A stretch of DNA of 64,000 bases from Raillietiella orientalis (lineage: Eukaryota), in the NCBI GenBank assembly GCA_036172245.1, contig JAYWIR010000070.1, positions 124,001-188,000 on the forward strand, in the 5' to 3' direction. Numbering within the stretch: position 1 is the first letter of the stretch; each line of letters begins with the position of its first letter. The notes under the pieces are model-generated. The model saw only the letters and a list, made by a program, of their open reading frames with translations, ran no database searches and had not been told where the DNA came from. A program made the position numbers and the translations under genes. Positions 13,201-24,600 of this stretch are shown here, one piece after another.

Positions 13201-16200
13201 ATGCACATACTAATGGAGAAGAGTAAGGAAGCTGTATTTCCAATGTTCTTAATCGGTCCATCGATGGGTGGTCAGTGACAAACAAACCTTCCAGCTAAGA
13301 GATCCCAGCCAAATGGCGGGATTCCTACGGAAGCTGATCGTCGCCCAAAGAAAAAGAAACCAAAACGAAACGAAAAGGAAAACAATGCACGGAGAGGGCT
13401 ATTGGACAGTGGACTGAATCTTTGCGGAACACCTGACGTTTCTCATCATAGGAGAACAGCCCCAAAATTTTCGGGGAAAAATCGTGATCAGACTCCAAGA
13501 TAGCGCATTTCTCAGCAGCTCATTTCATGAGGACTGCTTCCTTATCGGGTGCGATTTTCAAGATCAACTTGGAAGACGTAGGAGGCGCATCCCTTTAGTG
13601 GAGGTTGCCACTTCTAGAGCGATCTTGCTACTGCGTCCTTGAACTCCTTAATTGCGAATCCTAGGAAGTCCAGGAGCTGGGAGGCAATCTTCCGCGGGAA
13701 ATGGCGGGATGCTGTATCACGTTAAAAACAAATGGCTTCCGTTGGTCGTCTGAGAGCCATCCGGCAATTAAGAAGCTGGGAGAGACGGACAGCAAGAATA
13801 CTCTGCCAGGTCCCTTCAACATATGAATGGGATCAGAAGAAAGCCAACGATGGAAAGAGTGCAAAGAGATTTGCTAGAAGTCGCACTAGAGCTCAAGAGC
13901 ACTAGAGTTACAAAACTGTGCTCTCCACTCATTATCTCCACCATCCATCATCATGTTTGAAAAAAGCACCGGTAGCGAAATCACCACCTCGGCCATCGTA
14001 GCCACTTCCAATGCGACGGTCAGGATTGCACTTCTAATGCCCCTTGGTTCCTTTGCTCTTCCTTGGCTTCTCTTGGAAGAGGCGTTGCGTGTATGGCGCA
14101 GAGGTAGCAGCAGACCGGGATACAGGGAGAAATATTAGAGATAGGTTCCCAGATCCTGGAGAAAATTCCTCTTCGCTTTGAGCTTGTTCGTGAGCTGCCA
14201 TGTTCTCCTCTTCGATCCCGATGAACTCTGAATTATGGAGGTTTCCTCGCGACCACAACCTTCTTGAGAATTTCGGAGCCATCTGACGTTTCTTTCGTTT
14301 TTTTCGTCTCTCTCTCCCTCGAAGACACGAATCTCCCTCTCTCTCTTCTCGAAGGTAGATGACTCTCCTATGAGAACGCTTTTTTCATAGGGCAATAAGA
14401 AAGAAACGGTAGGCTTTCGTCATCCTCTCTTTTCTGTTTTTGCTGTTTTTCTTCCAGCTTTTTTTTTTGGTTCGCAAAGAACTCGAGAACCGTTCGCCTG
14501 ACGGCTCACGAAACTCTTTCACACTGTCCACGTCACCCGAGGGTGCTCGTAGTAACTTTTCAAGCTAAAGAGTACCCCGAAAGGGGACTACCCTATGAAC
14601 CCGGGAATAGCTCTGGAGAAAAGAGCTCGTTCCTCTTACGCTTGGAAGGAAACCCCGAAAAAAACCCTCCATCTTCATTGTCTCCGTGGGGAACCTCGAA
14701 GGGAACTTCTTGCTTATCCTCTCCTGATGGACTCCCCGGATGGGTGCCTCTTCTTTGCCTTTTCCGTTCCCTTTGGAACCAGCAAGGAAACCGCTCCTCG
14801 TTACTCCTCTGGAGAGAATCCTGAAGGGACTATTCCAAATTTCTCTAAAGGCGCTCCCCGAAAAGAGCAGCACTCTTCTTCACACTCTGGAGAAAATCAA
14901 CCCACCGGCTGCATGGTTCGATATGGAAGGTCCCCCTCTGAAGGGGGTGGAGGCTCCATTTGCACAACCGGAGATGGATCTCGAAGGGAAACGGCTCCTT
15001 GATTCCTGGAAGGACTCTGGAGGATACACTTCCAATTCCGGACACTCAACACTCTTCATCCTCTCTTCGTTTGCTCGGCAGATTCTTTTTAGGAGTAGGT
15101 ATTGTGTCGGTCAAGAAGTCTCCGATTCTCCTTGCTTGTGGTACTCCTCCACCATCCTTCTCACCACCCACTTCCACTCCCCTTACTCCATTCTACCTCT
15201 TTTCATCACCATTACTATTGCTTCTCCTCCCCCCCCCATCCCCAACCATCCTCTCTTCCCTTGGACTTTTTGAAGCGAAGGACAAGGAGCCGATCCAGAC
15301 TGATCCAGAAGCCCAAGAAAGCGCGCCGCGTCGAACCACTTTCCTGCTCGCTGCAGCAGCAGCGCGTAGAGAATCACCAGGAAGCTTCTCAAGGAACTGA
15401 GAGAAAGAGTGGGGGGAGGAAGTGGTAAGTGGTATTCACAGCATGGGAGTATCACCCCGCCGCCCATGACCTGGCCTCTTGTTGGGCACCCTGTACGGCA
15501 GCGAAAGCGTCGCATCATCCCGAGTGCTGTTCTCCCAAGAAGGTGGAGAAGTGGCCTTCAGGACCTCGTTTCTACGGAGACAGAGGAGATTTGTTTGTTT
15601 GCTCGCTTTTTTTTCCTTTATTATTTCCTTTCTGTCCTGTCCTCTCACTGAAAGGGAGCTTCCGCTTTTTTCCCCAGAAGAGCGCTCTCTATTCGGGGAA
15701 GGAGAGGACTTGGATTGGAGCATCATCTTCTCCTAACGGCCATCATCTGCGCAGGTAGCTCAGCACCAGATCTATTGTGTAAACTATCCCGTTCACGATG
15801 AGCAGCGACTGAAATGACATAAGAAGTTCTTTGTGATAAGAGGAAGAATCAGAAAAGTCATCACTCTGGTGACGGCCTACTCCGCCCTGTGTGCAAGCGA
15901 ACCTCTCCCCGCATCTCGGTCACCTCACCCTTCTTTCTACCGCTCATGAACTCACCTTCCATCAGGAGCAGAGTGAGACTGGACAAAGGTGAGAAGAGAG
16001 CGAGCGCCAGAATGAGCGGATAGGGACGAAGGGGTGGGTTCGAAGCTCACCTCCTCGTCTCGGGAGTCTCCAAAAATCGTGAGGAGCCTGGGATCGGGCG
16101 CACTATGACCAGTTGCGTCCGATCCCAGGACCATGTCCGTTTCCAGAAACGATTGCAGTGTGCGAGCGCTCAACCGGCTTATCTACCACGAAACGAGAGA

Positions 16201-17299
16201 TAGGAGAAGCGATGGAAGGGAGGAATACTCCGAAACTCGAATCTGTCGCGCACGAGCACGATCTGAGAGCGATGCGCCGTCGCTGGCACCTCCGAAGGAC
16301 GTGCTCCCGAAGATAAGAGCTCCGAAACCACAAGGACGTTCCTCGGCTAGGAGTGGGCAGTGTCGCAAAAGGGCGCAAGCTCTCGGAAGTCACGGAAACG
16401 GCCCGGAAAAAAGGTGGGTTTTAGGATGGGGCATCCCTAGTCTGGACAGCTCCGCTTCGCCAGCGAGCTCGGGGCCGCCGGAACCGAGGACTGGCAATGG
16501 ACAAAGAGACTTCGAGCACAGAAGCACCCCAGTCTCCTCTGCGCCCGCCCCAGGCATTACGAGGGAGTTCGGAAAGAGATCCAAGGGAGAAGATGCAAAA
16601 GAGACGATGTGAAGAAGACGTGAGAGAAGAAAAGATACACGAATTCTTTCTTTTGCGTTTCGTTGTTGTTGATGATCGATGGAGAGATGTTGAAGTGACA
16701 AGCAGAACACGGAAGAGGTTCCTATCAAGGAGATAGAAGCGAAGAAACGAAAGCAGCGCTCCTAGACTGGCTATCCTGTTTTCAAGCTTGTTGTGCCCTC
16801 CTCAGGGTTGCCGGGGAACTAAGGGACAACATGAAGACACGAGCTGCTGCAGGTCTTCCGCCCCTCCACTCCTTCTCGAGTTCTTTTCGGGAAAGGCCAC
16901 CCCTCTCGTTGACTCTTCCCAATCCCTCAAGAAGGTAGGGATTTCTCGCGCTGTGTTCCCAAGGGCATGAAAAGAGACAACTCCTCTACGCTCAGGCGGC
17001 TCAGCGCTGCTCGCTTGCGAGGTAGCGCTGGCTTTCCCTACGTTTCCGAAGCTCTGCCGAAGGTTGGCATAGGGAACCGGAAGCCACCTAGGAGGTGGGG
17101 TTTCCACCTTCACCCCCCTTCCCTTCCCTACCCGGTTTGCTGCCTGGCTTCCGCTTTCCCTCCGAGGCAGCCCCCTACCTTCGGGAGGAGAAAAATCGCG
17201 CGCTGCTTGGGTCTTCGCCACTGGGGGAGCATGCAGGCAAATGCGCGTGCGCAGCATTCCCCCCCGAAAGCACTCCAGAGGCTTCTTGACTCTACTCAC

Positions 17300-18034
17300 G
17301 CCACAGGCGACATTCGATTTGCCCTTTTTGATGTCCTGGTTGTAGGAGATGAAGAGGATGCCATTCACTATCGACAAAACGGAACCCACGAGAAGGTGCA
17401 GCAGGATCTGGAAGAGGCGAGAGCCTTCGCATCCGCCTCTAAGGAGGAAGACCCGCGTTACCATCTTCGAAGCTCCGGAAAGATTATCCAGCACGATCCC
17501 GGCGATCACGAAGATGGCGCAGAAGATGAAGCCTCCAACGAAGACTACGGTGAAGAAGAAGTAGCTTTCCGCATACAGTGACAAAGGAGCGCTGTGGATT
17601 ATGATGATGCATATGATGAAGAGGACCTGCAAGTTGCGCCTTGTGAGATGCTCTAAGGGAACCCGGGGAGTCGGAGGAACGGAGCGGGAGTGAGAGTATT
17701 GGGAGAACTGGGAAGAGAGAGAAGAGAGAGAATCAGATGGAGGAACAGGAAATGGACGAGAAGGAGGAGACAAAGAGAGAAGGACTGAAACTCAAGGGTG
17801 AGGAGAAGGCGGGGAACGAAGGCTTCCCTCTCTTTCTCCTTTCCTCTGGCTCCGAAGAGTTGACCATCTCTTGCCTCATCCCGACCGAACCCTCTCCCTA
17901 TTCGGATGACCTTCCGGGATTCCCTTCTCCCGCGGAAGCATCTGTTTGTCCCCGAGTGCCCGCCGAGCCGCACTTACCAGTTCCACGACCTTCAGGCCAA
18001 ACTGGAGGTTCAGGAGCTCCTTGGGATCCTTCAT
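17300..18034 (-). CDS. Small multi-pass membrane protein, MARVEL-domain-like (last exon not resolved)
   Basis: Exons 18034-17978 (MKDPKELLNLQFGLKVVEL|gtaagt), 17626-17462 (VLFIICIIIIHSAP...FFFTVVFVGGFIFCAIFVIAGIV...KM) and 17407-17300 (ILLHLLVGSVLSIVNGILFISY...ACG|gtgagt), all with GT-AG ends in phase 0. Three hydrophobic helices and an LK..EL..I+C start typical of MARVEL proteins. Confidence 0.6.
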
Positions 18035-18699
18035 TTCTTCTGAGAAAGGCTTCCGTAGGAGGGAGGGAAGGAGGGAGGCAGGTAGTCTTTCACCGCACGC
18101 GATCGCACGAGCAGCCAAGCCTCGGGGCAACTGATGGGTAGTAGCCAACTGTGGGGTCTGAGCGCAATCAGGGATCTCTTCCCCAATGCCGTGATATGCG
18201 ACCTCTATGCTCGCTGACTCATGATCCCAGCGCAATAACCCGGCGGATCTCTGGAACCCGACGTGTTACGCAGGAAATCATCGCTCCGTGCTGATTGTAA
18301 GATCACGTGCCCTGAGTCAAACAACCTGCAATCACGATAAGCGCTGATCCGGAAAGCGGGGAGGTCTACCTTCGAGCACCTCTTTTGTTGGTTTTGGCGT
18401 TGCGGGATGGAAGGAACATGACGTTTCTTTGCTTCCTTTTTTTTTTTCTTCTTCTTTCTTCCTACCAAGAATCCCATATCTTCTGGGGAAGGAAACTCCA
18501 GCTCAGCTTGCAGTCTAAGTGACAGAGAACGCTGGAGAAATGAAAGCAGAAGTGCATCTCCGGGGGAGCAGTTTCACATTTTCGGTTTAAGGATGGGAGT
18601 GGCTTTCAGGCTCTGCCGGGGACGCAGGCGTTCCTCGTCGTGCGACGAGCTACACTTCTGTAAATCACGTCGTAACGTGATCTTTTCCCCCCGTGACAT

Positions 18700-19060
18700 C
18701 ATGGTCGCCCTCCAATAGCCGAAACGACCTCGGTGCTGGAGTGTTGGCAATGTCTTGCGTACAGTGGCCACGGGGACCGCAGTATCTAAGATCTTGGTGA
18801 GCGTCAGAAAGTGACAGGCCTCTAGATCCCTCTACGGGAGACTCTTCAAAGCTGCACGACGAAAGAAACACCGTCAAAGAAACAGCTGCTCATGAAGCAC
18901 CACGGCAACGGCCACCTCATGTGAAGTGACCTCGTCCGCCGAAACATCAGTAGCGATCGTAAGATGGGATGGCTGTTTGTAGGGGAATACGCATGCACAT
19001 CAGATCGCCTTGATGCTGTGGTATTCAGCAAGCACTTCCCTCTGGCCAGTAGCGACCCGA
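18700..19060 (-). mobile_element. Possible heavily decayed Ty3/Gypsy RNase H-like relic
   Basis: Minus-strand translation with stops gives FPYKQPSHLTIATDVS...AVVLH, resembling L.+ATDAS..G.GAVL. Weak support. Confidence 0.25.
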
Positions 19061-22000
19061 GCTTCTCGAAGGAGGTGCAACTGGTGTGCCGACCACAGAG
19101 TGCATCAAGGGAAACAGAGAGCGTTTCTTGGGGGTTTCTGCATTTTCCTGACGTCTGATGCACAAGTCAAGGACAGAGTGTAGGTGTATCCAGGTGTAGG
19201 TGATGTGTGAGAGCGCACCGAAAAGTGGACCTCAGAGATCTACTTGGATGTAACGCGAAGTGGTGGGGGTTTCCTATCAATCTTGAGGCGTAGAACTGTA
19301 GTGGGAAATCGCTTCTTGCATCTCCTGGATCTCTTCGTCAGTGTTTCAACGTCCCTTCGATTCTCTATCGAAAAAGTCACGCTTACCGGTCTCTATAGTT
19401 CGCCCCACTGTCTGTTATTAGCCATTTCGAGGGAAAAACCATGACAGCATCATCATCATAAGAGAAGTGTCGGTATCAGACAGCTGGAAAACTTACCGGT
19501 CGTGATGACAGTCATCTCTCTGTTAGGAATCGCATCTCAGGAACGTACATGAAAAAGCAGACTCCATTCGTTCCCATACATACCGTTTCGAAGGCATTTT
19601 CTTCGTCGGAGATGAAGTTGGGTTGCAGGCAGGATGCTGCCGGGAATCGCGATCTTCGAAGGAAAAAACTTGTTCCACGGACGCGAAGGGAGGTTCCCGA
19701 ATGGAACTTCTTGGATTAGACCGCTGTCAGCCTGAAGAGTGCGCAGAACACGAGGCAGTCAAGGCATGTTGTCTTGCTTCCCCTTTGGGTGGCAGCTTCC
19801 TTTGGAAACACAGGAACCGCTGCTGCGGTTGGTCTTCCGATCTAGAAAACCTATCACAAGCATGGGGAGCTCCCCTACTTTCGCCGTCATTTCCGAAGTT
19901 AGAGGCCCCACGGTGAATTCACGTTGTGGTTTTCTCGTTGTTGCATCTACAGCAGAAACAGCAGAGAGTCAACACTTCGGGTCCCACCCAACTTCCTCGA
20001 TGAAAATTCTTCCCAGACGCCGGATGGGCACAAGCAGCCCACGTCCGGTCTTCGTGATCTACGCTTAAGTGTTGGCTGCCTCCATGCAGTGTAGTTCATG
20101 GGGCGATGGGAGAGCTGATGCGAAGGACATGCACTGAACTTACAAGGTGTAAGTGCACAGGAACCCTTTTTCTGAGAACTAGTCCCAGGAAAGACTTGCC
20201 GAAATGGAACTGCAGAGAAAAGTTGAGGACTCGTTTAATGCAAAACAGAACTCCAGTAAGGAAGATTTGGCATAGCTGGTAAACTGCTGCAGCTATTGGA
20301 CGGAGCAGAGCTCGAGGCTATACTCTGGAGCACCAGAAAGGGGTTTCTGGAATATACAGGGAGAGGTGTTGTCATCATCAGAGGTGTCAGACATCCTGCA
20401 TTGAGGTACTTTTGAGTGTTCTATCTCTCCTCTTATTAGGCACCAGAGAAAATAAAGAAAGGTAGATACTTTGGCGATCACTTCTGTTAGCTCGTGAAAG
20501 GACCTGGCTACTCAGTAAAAGTCAGACGGGCCTCAGAACTCCAGATGGAATCACTCCTGTTCCTCTGGACTCGAGAAAGTCATGAATCGCGAAGATGATT
20601 ATCACGCAAGGTTGGGCTTGCACGCGTTCTTTATCTCTGATAATTACTTTTTAAGATAAATATGTACTGTCAGCAGCTACAAGAAGCAGCTTGGGTACTT
20701 CCAAGCGGGGATTTCTCCGATTTCTTTCTTCTGTTTCTTCAGCATAAGGGGCTGCCCTGAGTTTCCGGCGGGTAGCTTTTTTATTGTGCACATTCTTGAA
20801 AGACGGTGCGAAGTGATACGAAGACTTGTTGGATTGAGGAGCAAACCATGGATCCAGGAGCAAAGAAAGAAAGAGAATTCACCAGGAGAGCAATCAAGGA
20901 ACGAATTTGCTTTGCTCCCACGGGAAAGAACAGCGATGGTTCCTTGATAAGGACAAAGCCATACTAAATGCAAACAGATATTAGCTGTACCCGAACTCGT
21001 ATGCATTCGTCATGCACTCCAATAGCATTGATCCTCAATACGCAGGTATGTGTGAGCATGTAGTCTACGCAGGTGCAACTGTCGTCGTCGTCGTGGGGCG
21101 TGCGCAGTGAACACCCACCCCTACAAGAGCAACGGTCACAAACTTGGTGTTGCATTTCGTGTATGGCTGCAGGAGCCTGTGCGATGTCACAGATGCTACA
21201 CTTTGGTATTAGATGCCGTAGATGCTGGTGCGCGTAGTGAATGCGTTTGCCTGTAGCGAAAACGAAAGCAAAAGTTCTCTCACCTGTCGACCGGCGGGCA
21301 GAGCGGGTCAAGGAAGCAGGGAGGTAGAGAAAACGACTGAAAACACGGTAGGAAAGGAGCCGAAAACAAACGGGTAGGCGAACGGGAAGAGCCTTCGCTG
21401 ACGACCTCACGTGAACGCTGGACGCCAGAGATGTCATCCTCATCGTGTCTTGCCGCTCATCTGCCATCTCTCGGAGGGTAAAGGAGGTTTCCGCTTCCGT
21501 TCGGGAACATCTCTCTCGAAACCGAAACTGAGTCTGGCGCTTACAACTACGTCCCGAAACTTCGCTCCTTATAGCACCGATGAAAATCGCGGAAAACAAC
21601 CCACTTGTCCCATTTTCGGGCGGAAAGCAGAAGAGCAAAGGCGAGAAAGGATCCAGTGCAGTAGAGAAACTGCAAAGATGCTGCAGATTCTGTATTGCTT
21701 TTTTCTTCAGTAATTCCACCTCAGGGCCATGAGGCGCTAGATCTCTACACCTCGGAGAGTGGCAGGAGATTTTGAAGTGGAGGAGGATGAAGCAAAGGAA
21801 GGGAGCCTGGCTGCTTGCTACAGCCGAGTTCACAGGTTCAGACAAGAGGTTTCCTCGAAGAAGGAGCCTTCTCTTTATGCAAGAATGCATTGTGCAATGT
21901 GCCACGGTTCTTTCCAGCCCTCAGCCGAAGCTCACAAAGAGGAACTCAAGCTGCTTCACACTACTCCTAGTCTAATTTTCTGCATTGCCTTTCCTTCCAC

Positions 22001-23299
22001 TCCACTTCAAGGTCCCTATCTCTTGCCAGAAGGTTTCCAATTTGTGACTCGACGTCCATGTCGATCGCAAACACGAATCGTCACCTAATGATCTGTTGTG
22101 GGTCAATACAGTTCTTCCTTATTCTTCTTTCCGTAGGTTCATGCAGAAAATAGCTTTCGATCCTTCTTTTGACCCTGAACGTGCTGGAATATTGAAGCCA
22201 CTGAATAAACCATTAAGATTGTTTTTCAAGAAACATGCGCCATCTACACCCATCCCATTGCCTGTTGGACGAATTTATTTCAAATATAAAACCAAAGCTC
22301 GAAGTAAGGAAGAAAGAAAGAAAGAAAATAAGAGACGGAAGAAGGATCCTGACCTCGATGGGAAACAAAGGACGTTCCGAGATGGAGGCTTGCGTGCCAA
22401 GGAATCCCTGCGGATGGGTTTGCTATGTCCTCAGTGTCCAGGTCCCAGTCGATCGGTGAGTGGCTTGCAATCCACCATTCGGAGTTGAGATCCCGCCATA
22501 TGAGAACACATGTTCGCTCCTTCCTCGTCCTGATGCCTACCGCTGTTCAGATCTGTGCTGGGATCTCCCACGAAGAAGAGGATATCCTCGGGAGCGCTTT
22601 CCGTTTTCAGCAGCTGTCTTGGAACTAGTGAGCGTTGCACCTGACTATACATGCTTGCCAACAACTAGTGGACGTTTCCTGATTACAATATGTTCAGGTG
22701 AAGAACTCGGCAGACTCCGGATGGCTATCGCTCCCACGGTGGGCGGCAGGTACTTCTTTACTGGAACTGTCACACCCTTGTTCTTCCTGGCTCTCTGGAT
22801 GAAGAGGAGCTGACTGTTTGATTTTCGGCATTAGCTAGGCACGGCATACACCGCGATGGCCGCACTTGCCTAGTTCGGCATTGTCCTATCAGACACTGAA
22901 TTGTCCTAATCAGACACCTAAAACCACACGCCACTGCCCTGTCGAAGTATCCAGTAGTTTGGCAGCCGTACAGATGACAGTGCGAAAGAAGTCGGTCGTC
23001 CCACAGGAACTACGAATCGATAACGACACCATTCTTATCCAGTTTACGTTGAGGCGTTTCCTTTCCAAAGAAAGAAAGATAAACAGGGCATATGGATCAG
23101 TAAATCAACTAAAATTTCAAGAGGGAAGGAAAAGCAACAACAATAACCGATTCGTACACCGGCCTAGTAGATAATGAATTAAAAAAAATAGGAGGAAAGG
23201 AGAGACAACGATCACTGGTCACATCCGAGTCTTCCGTATCTTAGGTGTGCCGCCTAAGATACGGATGTACTGTCAAACGATGTCCTCCTCAAGTCCGTT

Positions 23300-24600
23300 A
23301 TTTGCTAAAGGTCATTTTGTCACAATACTGAGAGGTGAGGCGTGTGGTCCTTCCCCCTTCCTGATGCGCTCTCCTTGCCTGCTCCAGGACGAGGAACAGG
23401 TGAGGCGACGAAGACCACGTCTCGCCTAAAGCAGTGCTGCGGCAGCTCTTTGGGAGTGTCTTCCATGCGCTCCGATGGTCACCGTATCTCAGCAGGAGGC
23501 GCGTTTCGACGTTTCGACCTGCGCAGTTCGTAGAGGTGCCGTCCCACGTCCAGCTATGCCGCCGCTGATCGCACGGAACGCCCCAGTGCACGAACGGAGC
23601 TGTCCAAGTGGGTGAAAGGGGTTAAAATCTCTGATGACGAAATTTCCAGTCATTCTGCCCAACATTCATCCTTTAGAGCGGGCTCTGGATGCCCCCGCGT
23701 CAGCCAACCGGCGTGCCTTTCAGCCGGCTCACCAGCTTCGTCGCTCCTGCTACGGAGCACGAGACCACCAGACAGAGTCGGTTGACATCTGTCTTTGCCC
23801 TCCAGCAGGGAACACAGAACTGGGGTTAGGGGAGTTCCAGTGGACAGGATCCACTTCTCCTGGGTTTCTTTCCATTTCCTCCAGGGAGACCGCTCCCAGG
23901 TTGTGGATGGGACACATCAACTCTGCATCAGCACACTTGATGCGCAGGCAGGTGCTCACTGTCTCGCAATGCAGAGGTCTGTAGTTTGAGGGAAGACAGA
24001 TCCACGTATGTCCCTTCCATGAGATAGAGATCTGTCTCAGTGGGGACTTAGGCGACACTCGGTTGCGAGGTAGAAACGACGTCATTCCCTCACAACCGAC
24101 CGCGCTCCTCAGAATTTCGCGCACAGGCAGATACCGATGATGTATCCACTTCTTAGCCATTAAGACCAACATACTAAACTGGAACTGTCGCTTCATCTTA
24201 TTCAGTGTTAGGATGCCGAGTCCTGCATCCCTCCGTGGTGCAACAAGGTCTTTGAGGCCAACTTTGACAGTGAGAGACTCCATAGTGCTTTCGGCAGGGG
24301 GTCGTCTGTCCTACGTTCTGCCTCGTATGGAGGGAGCAAAACAACAAAAAAAGAGGAAGGGGGGATGAGAAAGGAGGCAGCTGAAACGTTCCAAATGGAT
24401 TCCCTCTCCGGAATGCAAAACTTGCCATTTCGGAACGGTGTTAGCGTCAATTCTGCCTTATGAAGGCAACTGGACCAAACCTCTGAGGGACAGAAGTCTC
24501 CCAAGGTATTTCATGGTATTTCGTGGTGCTGTACATGGGAATACCCAGGGACGAAAGGGTAATCAGGGTTTTCCTGCAGCCAACTCGAAGTAGCTGCTAG
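23300..24600 (-). mobile_element. Decayed L1/Tx1-like non-LTR retrotransposon 3' ORF2 fragment
   Basis: MKYLG near 24500-24515, KVGLKDLVAPRRDAGLGILTLNK (post-RT box), and a degenerate C-terminal FVHWGVPC...NCAGRNVETRLLL region. Many stops and frameshifts; ends approximate. Confidence 0.65.

Noticed and set aside
20100..20345. hAT transposase relic (CEGHALNL ... LWSTR)
   Set aside because: Two short motif-like hits separated by several stops; no TIRs or other support.
20964..21905. 313-aa minus-strand ORF as a real gene
   Set aside because: Composition is not protein-like, it crosses pyrimidine-rich intron-like tracts, and it has no recognisable domain.
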